Assembly: GCA_018398765.1 (NCBI GenBank)
Contig: JAHBMJ010000424.1
Span: forward strand, 1-48,119
Origin: Chromera velia
Lineage: Eukaryota
Direction: 5' to 3'
Length of the DNA: 48,119 bases
Positions 37,380 to 46,972 of the stretch are shown one piece after another. The notes under the pieces were generated by a model. It had not been told where the DNA came from, made no database searches, and saw nothing but the letters and a program-made list of their open reading frames with translations. A program made the position numbers and the translations under genes. Numbering within the stretch: the stretch's first letter is position 1; the number at the start of each line of letters is the position of its first letter.

Positions 37380-37504
37380 AAAAAAGAGAGAAAGAAAGAA
37401 AGAAAGAAAGAAAGAAAAAAAGAGAGAAAGAAAGAAAGAAAGAAAGAAAGGAGGGAACGAAAGAAAGAACGAAAGAAAGAAAGAAAAAAAGAGAGAAAGA
37501 AACA

Positions 37505-37548
<44 letters not shown>

Positions 37549-37658
37549 AAAAGAGAGAGAAAGAAAGAAAGAAAAGAAAGAAAGAAAAAAAAAAAAGGAG
37601 AAAGAAAGAAAGAAAGAAAGAAAGAAGGAAGGAAGGAAAGAAAGAAAGAAAGCAAGAA

Positions 37659-37738
<80 letters not shown>

Positions 37739-37746
37739 AAGCAAGC

Positions 37747-37781
<35 letters not shown>

Positions 37782-38677
37782 GAAGGAAGGAAGGAAGAAA
37801 GAAAGAAAAGAAAGGAAGGAAGGAAGGAAGAAAGAAAGAAAGGAAGGAAAGAAAGAACGAAAGAAACGAAGGGGGGAAGGAAGGACGGAAGGAAGAAGAA
37901 AGAAAGAGAGCAAGAGAACAAGCAGGAAAAGAAGGAGGGGAAGGGAAACTAAGAAAAAAGGAAGGAAAAGAAACGGGAGCAAGACAGAAAACAAAGAAAG
38001 AGGGGAGGGAAGAAAACCAAAAAATTGAGCGGAAGACGGAGAGGAGAAAAGGAAAGGAACACAGAACAAGGCGGGGAAGGACAGGAGAGCCCAGAGTAGG
38101 GACGAAAGTAAGGCCGGCAAGGACGGCAGGAAGGCGAAGGAAGGAACGCAAAGAAAGAGTTGTACTCCTGACCCCTGCTAACGATGCTCCCGTTCTGGAA
38201 GATGGATTCCTTGAAGTGCACTTGGTTTCTCTGGAGGGCCGTCGATCTAAACGGCTCCTTCAGACTCCTGCAGGCAGACAAGCAACCATTCCATTTCATT
38301 TCATTTCATTCGAGCATCTCTCGGTTGTGATGAATAGACGTGTGACTGAATGCACTGATGGATGCTTTTTTCTAATGGCAACGTGAGACGGAAATTCTTT
38401 TTCTCTTTTCGCCTCTTTGGTCCTCTTGCACTTTGCGGGCTTTGTAATATCCTACTCGCTTCCTCATTTCCGCAGAAAGCGACTTCCGAAACTTGAGTCG
38501 ACTTCAGATTATCTGCTTCATTTTTCGGCATCTTTCCGTTTCAGGGACTGGAAGGCTGATCGCGTGATTCACTGCCTGCCTGCCCGACTGACTGCCTGCC
38601 TGTCTGACTGACTCTCTGAGAAGCTGAGCCATTTCGTTGGAGTACTGCAAGTAGGAGACCTTCGCTTGGCGCCACAT
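35725..38677 (-). CDS. ATP5F1E: Mitochondrial ATP synthase F1 subunit epsilon, 70 aa; exons 38613-38677, 38173-38267, 35725-35777
   Basis: Spliced product MWRQAKVSYLQYSNEMAQLLRESLKEPFRSTALQRNQVHFKESIFQNGSIVSREIVESFKQAFGKGSGAK*. GT-AG introns in phases 2 and 1; 213 nt total. WRxAxxSYxxY...LRxxLKEP is the epsilon-family signature. Confidence 0.88.
36550..37990. repeat. ~1.4-kb (GAAA)n-dominated polypurine microsatellite inside intron 2 of the epsilon gene
   Basis: Read directly; it produces the 500-660 aa K/E/R and F/S/L pseudo-ORFs. Confidence 0.95.
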
Positions 38678-39576
38678 GGTGGGTGAGTCGTCAGGTGAGC
38701 CTCTCAAATCTTAATCGCAAGCGAAAGAAAATGCACTGCGGGACAAGAAGAGCAAAGGTGCGAGGAGCCACTTTTTTTGGAGGTGCTCCAACTTGCTCAG
38801 CAAATGCTCTTGACAGTCGCCAAAGCAATCGATCTTTTTTTCGTTCTACCTGTCTATTTCTCGCTTGCCGTCTCTGTCTGGCAGTCTGACGATACGACTT
38901 GATTCGCGCAGATCAAAATTCACGGAAGGACCACACTGGAGCGCTGCTTGCAGGTGCAGAAGCTTTTGCATGGGCTCACGTCATTCATTGGATGATCCAT
39001 TGAAGATGTGAAATGATGTGAAGGGTATATAAGAGAATCGGCAGGGCCGGGATGGAGAGATGATCGAATTATATATTGCTCTCGAAATATATGTCCTCAC
39101 GAGTGCCGGGGCCCGCTCTGTCAGGACATGCATGTCAGGACCCCGATGGACCCCGGCGCGCGACGTCCCAAAGCGGCCGCGCGGCCCAATGATGCAGGAC
39201 CCGGGGACCGCGGGCCTCTTGGCGCATTTCGATCGCGGTCAGTCGATCGATCAGACAGACTTGAATGATAAGTTGAATCTTCTTAATTGGTCTTTCTCTA
39301 AAGTTGTCGTTGCAGTCAAAGTCAAAGAAAGCGTCTCGATGCACTTCTGTTAATTGATCTGCTTTGTGTACGGTCCCGCCTCTGTTGCAGTCCATTGGGG
39401 TCTGGATTCTGCAGATCCACTGCGTGAAGACATCTTGAACCGCAGCCACGCATCGACGGGACCGGTCGTCCCTTCGTTTTCTTGCCACTCGACAAAGGCA
39501 GGACAGGGAACGGACCGACTCACATCTGTCCCCTTCGTCTCTATCTGTCTGAAAGCTTTCGAGTAGTGAGCTGACC

Positions 39577-40800
39577 ATGGCCGCAGTTGTGGAACAGGAG
39601 CAGCCTTTCCTTGGGGGTCAACCCGACACTCCGCAGGCACAGGGGAATGCGGGGCAAGGCACTAACCCCCCTCCGCCCCCTCCCGAAGGCCAGCCTCCCG
39701 CAGGAGGCAACGACGGGGGTGCGCAGGCCGAGAGGAACTCAGAACAGCGAGTGAGGAGGCTGCTGACTGGTGACCTTGCGACCTCCTGCCAAATTTTCGT
39801 GGGGAGGCTTCATCTCCTGTGCTGTCTAGGGCTTGCGGTATACGTCTGCTTCGATGCAAGGGCGTGGATTCGGTCTCCTTGCACGGGCAGTCCGCTGAAG
39901 CCCTGGATCGTCATACATGTGTTTCGGCATATCCTCTTTGCATCTCTGCAAGTGAAGAGAACGCAGGACATGCAGGCGCAAGGGATGAGCAGCGTATCTG
40001 ACTTTCTTCAAGTCAGTAAGGAGGAATCCCGTCTCGCGTTCTTTGTCGACAGCTCTGAGTTCGTGCTTTCGCATTTTCGTGTGTGCTTGACAAGGTTTCT
40101 GCTCCCCTTCCTGGCCTTTCCTGTTCCTGATAGCTTTGAGCAGTTGTGTCCACTTTTTTGCCTCAACCGGCGCAAACTATGTTTCGGTCGAAGTAATCGT
40201 TAGAGTGGAGTGAGTGGGTGGGTGAGTGAGTGAGTGTGTGTGTGAGAGAGAGGACAGAGACAGAGGAGAAAGAGACAGGGAGCGTTAAGTGAGCGAGAGA
40301 AGTCTGGCGTCGATTCATTATGTCTTGATGAGGTCCTTCGCCCTGCGCATTCTCCTCTGTTTGCGTGTGTGTGTCTGCGTGCTTATGTTTGCGGAATTAA
40401 TCTTTTGTATTTCTTTCTTTGAGTTCTTTTCAGGTGCTGACGCTGGTGAATTTTCTCTGGTTCTTCCTGGGTTTGCACTGGCTTGAGGATGCTCGGAACG
40501 GCTCTTGCGACGAGCGCATTGAAAGGGTGGCGACGTTGCTGCTGCTCCTTCAGGGCGGGTTCTATATTCTCGTTGCCTTCTGGTTTCTCTGCATCTCGCT
40601 CTACATCTCTTGGTGTGTCGGTCTGCTCTCTTGGTGTCTTTTCGACTGCTCTCTCTCGTCGCTTCCTTCCTTCCGCCCTCCCCCCCTCCCTGATCTCTTC
40701 CTGTCTACCCGTTCACCCCACTTCAGGTGCACTACTGTTGCCTCCTTTTGTGTTTGAGTCTCTCCCTCCTCGCCCCCGGAGGACCTGCTTCAATCTGTCT

Positions 40801-40846
<46 letters not shown>

Positions 40847-40928
40847 TCTCTTTCTCCTTTGCACGGGCGTGAGTGTGTGTGTGTGTGTGTGTATGTATGT
40901 GTCTGTGAGTGAGTGACTGAGAGAGAGA

Positions 40929-40981
<53 letters not shown>

Positions 40982-42487
40982 TGCAGGAGAGAGAAGATGC
41001 GTGCGATTGGCGTTTGGGTGTGCGAGAGTGGGTGTCTCTCTCAACTTCGATCATGTGTTTGTGTTCCTCTCCTCTCACCCACCCGTTTCTTCCCGTTCTT
41101 GCATCTCATTCTTCATCTACGTAAACCATGCCCGGAGTTGAGTCGACTCAATGTACTTGCAGGTCCCCTGGAAGGCGCACGTAGGAAGGTGCATTCATTC
41201 TGTGTTGTGTGACGATGTTTTTTTTGCCCTCAACTCTCTGCAGGTACATCCTTCATATGGTAATGAGCGAGCGGAGGAGACAGCGGAACAACAACGGGCG
41301 GTGAGTCGCCCCTCTTTCCCCTCTTTCCTAGCTCTCGTGCGTGCAGTAGTTTTTCTCGACTTTCGCTCTTCGTTGGCCTGTTGATTTTTTTGGGGGGTCT
41401 GGTGGACGAACTGATGGGGAGCCAAGATGAAGGCTGAATTGTCTTCTTGCACTGCATCTGCATCTGCGCACACTCTTTTGTGTGGCGTTGCACACCATGG
41501 CCGGTACGCACCATGCCTTCTCACATTACACGGGTCCTCTCTCTGTTGCTCTTTCCTTTCTTTGTCTGAATGCAGTGGGCGTGTGTGCTGTCTGTGTGTG
41601 TTCGTGTGTGTGTGCATATGTGTGTGTGCGTATGTGCTCTCTCTCTCTGTCTCTCTCTGTGCTCTATGTTTGTGTTTGTGTGTGTGTGTGTGTGCGCGCG
41701 CGCGCGCGCGCGTGCGCGTACAAAGAAGGGCAGTGTGCGGGAAACGATTCGAAAAGGAAGCGGGCTGGTCTGTGTAAAGACTTTTTTCTCCCAGCTAGCT
41801 CTTTACGCCTTTCTCTGTCTTTCACCTTCTGTCTCTTTCTTCAGACTTGCTTTTTTTTCTCTTTGTGGGTCTGTCTTCCTTGCAGAGGAATTATCCGTGA
41901 ACTGGAATCCGGTCGTTATTCCGAGATCATGAGGCGACATCGGGAGGAACAGGCGGAAAGGGAAAGGGAGAGGGAAAGGGTCAGACGGTACGGAAAGCAC
42001 CCGGGAGACGATTCTTCAACGAATTTGGTTCAAGCACCGGGGGCCGCCGTCGCAGGAGGGGGGGGGGACGAAAGGAGGCACAGCATTTCAGGAGAGGATT
42101 CTTGCCCAATTTGTCTACAGGTGGGTGGGTGGGTGGGCAAGTTGGTTTACCTTTCTTTCTTCATCATTCCCATGCATCTGTGGGCACTCACAGCGTGGTC
42201 CTCCTATTTCTCTGGCTCGTGAATTTCATGCGAATTCCATGCATGCGTCCGCACGCATACGGCCTCACCCACCAGTCGTCAGTCACATGCTGGAGGGAGT
42301 TACCGTAAGAAGCGCCCCTCCCTCCCTCATTGTTGACTCGGGTTCCTCGTGGAAGCATACCTCATTCTTGAGAAACTTAGTGTCTACATGTTGAGACAAG
42401 CATTCCTACCTGTGGTTAACGTTTGCCCGCCTCCTGTCTGTCTCCATCCCCCCTCCCTGTTATCTTCTGTACGTGTGTGTGTGTATG

Positions 42488-42518
<31 letters not shown>

Positions 42519-43011
42519 GCAGGACTTCCGATCGAACAGCATAGTGCTTCGGATGCCCTGCGAGGGTCGTCACGTCTTCTGCAAGGACTGCGTGGTGCGG
42601 TGGTTGAACAACTCGAGGCTGTGCCCCGTCTGCCGTGCCGATATCGTGAACATTGTAGAGTCACGTAATGGTCCCACTGCCTCTGCAGACGGAGAGGGAG
42701 AGGGAGAAGCAGATGGAGAGGAAGAAGGGGAGAACGAGGGTGCAGACACATCACTGAGGGAAAGGGAAGGGGAAGGGGGGGTGGGAAGACAGATAGACGC
42801 AAGAGGCACGGAGACGGCTCAGTCAGGTTCACCGGGCTCTCAAGGTGTGTCTGCTGACGTGAATCAGTCCGGTCCTCAGGGTGTTTCTGCGGAAGTGCAT
42901 AGAGGAGACCCTGGTGCAAGAGGGGCGTCGTCTGTAATGCAGGCTGCCTCCTCTGAGACTCCTCATCGGCCGGATGAGGTGGCACGGTCTGGCGGGGCAG
43001 ACGGAATATGA
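39577..43011 (+). CDS. Multi-pass membrane RING-finger E3 ubiquitin ligase, 464 aa; exons 39577-40011, 40434-40612, 41244-41300, 41886-42120, 42523-43011
   Basis: Four GT-AG introns with consistent phases (0, 2, 2, 0); 1395 nt. About four hydrophobic segments precede the RING CPIC-LQDFRSNSIVLRMP-C-EGR-H-VF-C-KD-C-VVRWLNNSRL-CPVC, which is split by the last intron. Confidence 0.9.
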
Positions 43012-43973
43012 CAGAATTAAAAATAACTTTGAAACGAATAAACAAAACGCGACAGAGAATCAAGAAGGAAGGTAGAAAAGGTCCCAGTTCGTCAGGATAG
43101 GCGTCTCCGTAATGAGAGAGGGGGCAGTGTGCGTTCTTAGAGAGCTCGGTTGGGTGGGGGGGGGAAGGGCAGCGAGAAGAATAGGCACGTTGGTGGAAGG
43201 ATATTTCGATCTAGCTGGGGTCGTTGTCTTTTTTCTGTCTTGATTGATTCACTGGTTGACTGATCGAGTGTTTGAACCACGTACAGGGTGTGTGCTCCGT
43301 CATGATTGATTGAGCAGAGCACTTCAATCGCATCGCCCCTCTTTTTAGGGGGGCACAAATAACCCCTCCAAGATCTCGTGGGAGGGAAGGGGTCGCCTTC
43401 CCTAGATGTGTTTCTGTACTTCTGTCTGTCTGTGTTTGTTTGGGTAATCAGGTAGGAGAGTCCTACGAGCAAGCAGCGACGGAATGGAAAGAAGAGGGAG
43501 CAAGGAAAGTACAGAAGAACAGGGCGTGGGGGTGGTTGGTGGTAGGTAGTGAGGTTCCGCTCTGCCTGCCTCACTTGATGGACAGACGGCTCGGAAGGCC
43601 CTGAAGGGCGCTTTGAAGGTGGCAGGCAAAGTGAAAGGTGGGGAGGGGAGGACGGAGGAGTTTCTGTCTCAGAAAGCGAGCGAGATGAGACGGGGCTGCT
43701 GAAGAACGGCGGATGTCCCGCTTCGATCAAGTTCCGAGGTGTACATGTCGGATGCACTTGAGGGGGCCACTCAGGCATGCAACTTGTCAGTCTGAGTTGA
43801 TCGTTCAGGCAGTCAGTGCTGAATCTTTGGAGGGGAAAGGCAGCCATCAATTAAAAAAATGGTTAACTAGTGTCATGACGTGTTAGAAAATTGATTTCAA
43901 TTTATTCTTGGCCATTCTTAATCAGTGGCGGCCCTCTTCTATATATTCTAGATTCTATTTATATGAGTGAAGT

Positions 43974-44020
43974 GTGATAAGTGATTTATGGGTGCCCTTA
44001 AGCACTGTTGCCGTTTTGTC
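43974..44020 (-). mobile_element. LINE 3'-end stub (degenerate)
   Basis: The reverse complement GACAAAACGGCAACAGTGCTTAAGGGCACCCATAAATCACTTATCAC matches 35214-35259 with several mismatches. Confidence 0.7.
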
Positions 44021-44110
44021 ATCGCCAATCCTAGCGTTAATTACAGTCATCAGTTTTTTTTTACATTGTTTTTAAAGTAAAATGGCAGGTTTTTGTGTTA
44101 CTCTTTGCGT

Positions 44111-44142
44111 TAGTGATTAGTGATTAGTGGTGCCCTAGAGCA
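44111..44142 (-). mobile_element. LINE 3'-end stub
   Basis: The reverse complement TGCTCTAGGGCACCACTAATCACTAATCACTA is identical to 35230-35261. Confidence 0.8.
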
Positions 44143-44638
44143 TTGTTAGCTGATTAATTGATTGATTGATAGCTTCTGCGTAAATAAAGAATAAAAGTAT
44201 CAACAAAAAGCCCTAATCACCATTAATTACAGGATTACACAGGATTACATTATGTTCGAGGCCAAAGCCCTGCTTGCGTGCCAGTTGTTTGAGAGGTTTT
44301 GTCTGACGTCCTACACACAATTGCTGACACAGGTTTGTACCTAGGTTTATACCCTACAGGACCGTACTAGACCGTACGCGGTACAGCCGGAGACCCGGAA
44401 ACCGAGAGCTGCGTCGGTTGATCCCACTCTGAGCTTCTGATTCCTACTGATTCCTCATCGTTCTTGAGAAAACGAGGCGACCATAAGTCGGTTACAGTTG
44501 GTAGCTAGGTCGGTAGGATTGGTGCTTGCCTAAAGCCGCCGCGGGGGGGCGCCGCCGCCGCGCCGGGCGGCAGCCGCTAGCCGTCGACGCAGCATCGCTG
44601 TCACAGTCCAAGTCCGCGATCACCATAACAAAGGAACA

Positions 44639-46336
44639 ATGCGGATTGGGGAGAGAAATGACTCGACCAGTTGGACCCGAGGCTCCAGTCGTTTCCGAAC
44701 TAAGTATCGAGCCTTTCCGATTCGCATTCTGCTGCAGCGCGATCAGCTGAAAGCTCTCATGCAAGTGACTTTCGAAGACCGGGCGGCCGCAAAGGCTGGC
44801 CTTTCAGCTTTGAACTTTGCCGCAGTAGGTTCTCTGCCTGGGATTGTCAGGTGTGTGTTGAGGTTTTTCGGGGAGGTAGACCTGCATTTGCTTAGAATAG
44901 TGAGCTCGACTTGGAGGAAGGAATCTGAAAAGAGGATGCATGAGAATGAGGCAGAAGTAACCAGAGAAGACAGGAGACGGTGGGAGACGGCTAAGAGGAG
45001 TTTTGAGGAAAGGAGCGCGCACCAACAGGAAGTGCGCGCTTCTCTCACAGAAGCTGAGCGTCAGAATCTCGATGCAACTCTCCACACCATAATTAGGGCA
45101 GCAGCACAGCGCGCCTGGGACACGCCTTCCATCCGAGAGGCATGTTTGAAGCTCGGTGCACGACACCTGTACGGAGAGCTTGAACGACGAGTCAACGAGC
45201 TTGCAGAACTGTACGAGCAGGTGTGTGACCTTGCCCGGAGAGGAGCGTCAGGCAGGCAGATCCAAAGGTGGATGGACGAAGGGGAAGAGCCTGGGGGCGT
45301 GCACTACTGCCTTGATTTGTTTCCCATTTTCAAAGATTCCTGGGGAATAGACGATCTCTGGTGGGGGCGCATTTGCAGAGAGATCATTTGGATGGGACCA
45401 GGCTCGGTGGGGGGTTGCTGGCGCTGTGGAGACTATGGAGGGCCCTGGTCACATTTTGAACTCGGAGAGGTTGCATTGAATCTGATGGGGATCTGTTCTG
45501 GTTACAAAGAGTGGTACGGTTTGCGGACAAGAGATTCTCGAGGGTCGTTGGCATTTTGCCGCTTTCTCTCCCATCGACGTGCCCTCAGCTACAGGCACGA
45601 TTTATCTTTCCCCCTTCCCTGCTCACTCCCTTACCGCAAAAAGATTCGCAAGTTCCTTTTAGAACCGCTTTTGATTTCGGGGTCCTGCACGTTTCGTGAG
45701 ACCCAGTCTGTGATTGACACTTTTGTTTACCAAGGACCGTCACAATTTTGGGAGTTTTTCGTTCGCGCTGTCTTGAGCACAGCTTCAAATGCGAAAATCT
45801 CTGTCGCTGACTATTTCTTTCTCAGAGACACTTTTCGTTTACTTTCCTTTCACGCAGCGGGAGGGGGGATGTTAGTGTCGCTCACTTGTGATTCTGTTTT
45901 GCGCGAGGCTATGAATTTGATCAAATGGGTGTGCGGAGACAAAGTAAAGAGAAAGAAAGTGGTGCAGATGCTGGACAGATATTTTCACATGAGGGAATGG
46001 ATTTGGACTCATGCACAGGACCTGGCAGGTTGTGTGGCAAGGGAGCTTGTGAGGATGCGACAACACAGGCTCCTCCGGGCGCTTGTACGGCCGCACGGGT
46101 TGTCTGCAGCTGCTCGTGAAAGGATCCGCACAGTGATAAAGGGAAACGGAAGTAACGGACATGATGGAAGGTTGATTGCGTACGCACGCACGTGCAGGGG
46201 GCTGATGAAGGGAACTCTAGAGGTGCTCGAGGGGTGGGGGGATTCCAAAAAAGCATGCAAGTCTGCATGCTGTTCTTTAGGCTGTTCAGACTCTCGTTCA
46301 GACTACTCAGATTCAAACTGGCACCTGAGCGTTTAA
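44639..46336 (+). CDS. Intronless hypothetical protein with an N-terminal F-box-like motif (565 aa, or 525 aa from the ATG at 44759)
   Basis: Long ORF of normal complexity. SLPGIVRCVLRFFGEVDLHLLRIVSSTWRK fits the F-box pattern LP...il.fl...dl.....V...W. The remainder is not recognised. Confidence 0.65.
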   Translation: MRIGERNDSTSWTRGSSRFRTKYRAFPIRILLQRDQLKALMQVTFEDRAAAKAGLSALNFAAVGSLPGIVRCVLRFFGEVDLHLLRIVSSTWRKESEKRMHENEAEVTREDRRRWETAKRSFEERSAHQQEVRASLTEAERQNLDATLHTIIRAAAQRAWDTPSIREACLKLGARHLYGELERRVNELAELYEQVCDLARRGASGRQIQRWMDEGEEPGGVHYCLDLFPIFKDSWGIDDLWWGRICREIIWMGPGSVGGCWRCGDYGGPWSHFELGEVALNLMGICSGYKEWYGLRTRDSRGSLAFCRFLSHRRALSYRHDLSFPLPCSLPYRKKIRKFLLEPLLISGSCTFRETQSVIDTFVYQGPSQFWEFFVRAVLSTASNAKISVADYFFLRDTFRLLSFHAAGGGMLVSLTCDSVLREAMNLIKWVCGDKVKRKKVVQMLDRYFHMREWIWTHAQDLAGCVARELVRMRQHRLLRALVRPHGLSAAARERIRTVIKGNGSNGHDGRLIAYARTCRGLMKGTLEVLEGWGDSKKACKSACCSLGCSDSRSDYSDSNWHLSV

Positions 46337-46430
46337 AGGAATGCATGTTAATATGCAGAGTGCTACCCGCACGCATGCATGCATGCACTCCAATTCTGTG
46401 TTGTAAATTATTAGTCATTATAAATATATA

Positions 46431-46481
46431 AGTGATAAGTGATTTAGTGGTGCCCTAGAGCACTGTCGCCGTTTTCTCTTA
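46431..46481 (-). mobile_element. LINE 3'-end stub (mirrored at 47095-47145 on +)
   Basis: The reverse complement TAAGAGAAAACGGCGACAGTGCTCTAGGGCACCACTAAATCACTTATCACT closely matches 35211-35260. Confidence 0.8.
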
Positions 46482-46575
46482 TGTACTAGCTTATGTACGT
46501 AGTCTAGTAAAATATACACTGTTATACAGGCGTAATGTGTCTTCAAATGTTAGGTTACTTTAGTACAGAAAACTC

Positions 46576-46816
46576 CTAGGCGCCGGCTAGAGAAAAAAAA
46601 AAAAAAAGATCTTCCAAAACCCTTTACTTTTTTTTTTTTCTGTATCAGTCAAACAACTGTTGTTCAAGTATTGTACAAGTGTTGTTTGTGTGTTGCACAA
46701 CTGTTGCTAAGTGTTGTTCAAGGTTAAAAAGTAAAAAAAAAAAGAAAAAGAAAAAAAAAAGATTTCCTCAAATCGCTTATTTTTTTTATTTTTTTTTTTC
46801 TCTAGCCGGCGCCTAG
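46576..46816. mobile_element. 241-bp MITE with CTAG-initiated TIRs and 8-bp TSD
   Basis: TIRs CTAGGCGCCGGCTAGAG-A(n) (46576) and T(n)-CTCTAGCCGGCGCCTAG (ends 46816). TSD GAAAACTC at 46568-46575 and 46817-46824. Confidence 0.9.
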
Positions 46817-46972
46817 GAAAACTCCAGGTAAAATCGACTATTCATATTCACCAAATTAATTATATGTGAGTGTGTGACATGCAACTGCCTTGTCAATACT
46901 CGTTATTCTGTCTATTTCTATCTAGTAGAAAAGAGGTCTACCTGGTGCCTCAACTCTTTCTACGCTGCCTCN

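Noticed and set aside
36160..38151. 500-660 aa ORFs on both strands
   Set aside because: They are translations of the (GAAA)n intronic repeat of the epsilon gene.
43137..43850. 237-aa minus-strand ORF
   Set aside because: Non-ATG start, no motifs, and it overlaps the likely 3' region of the RING gene.
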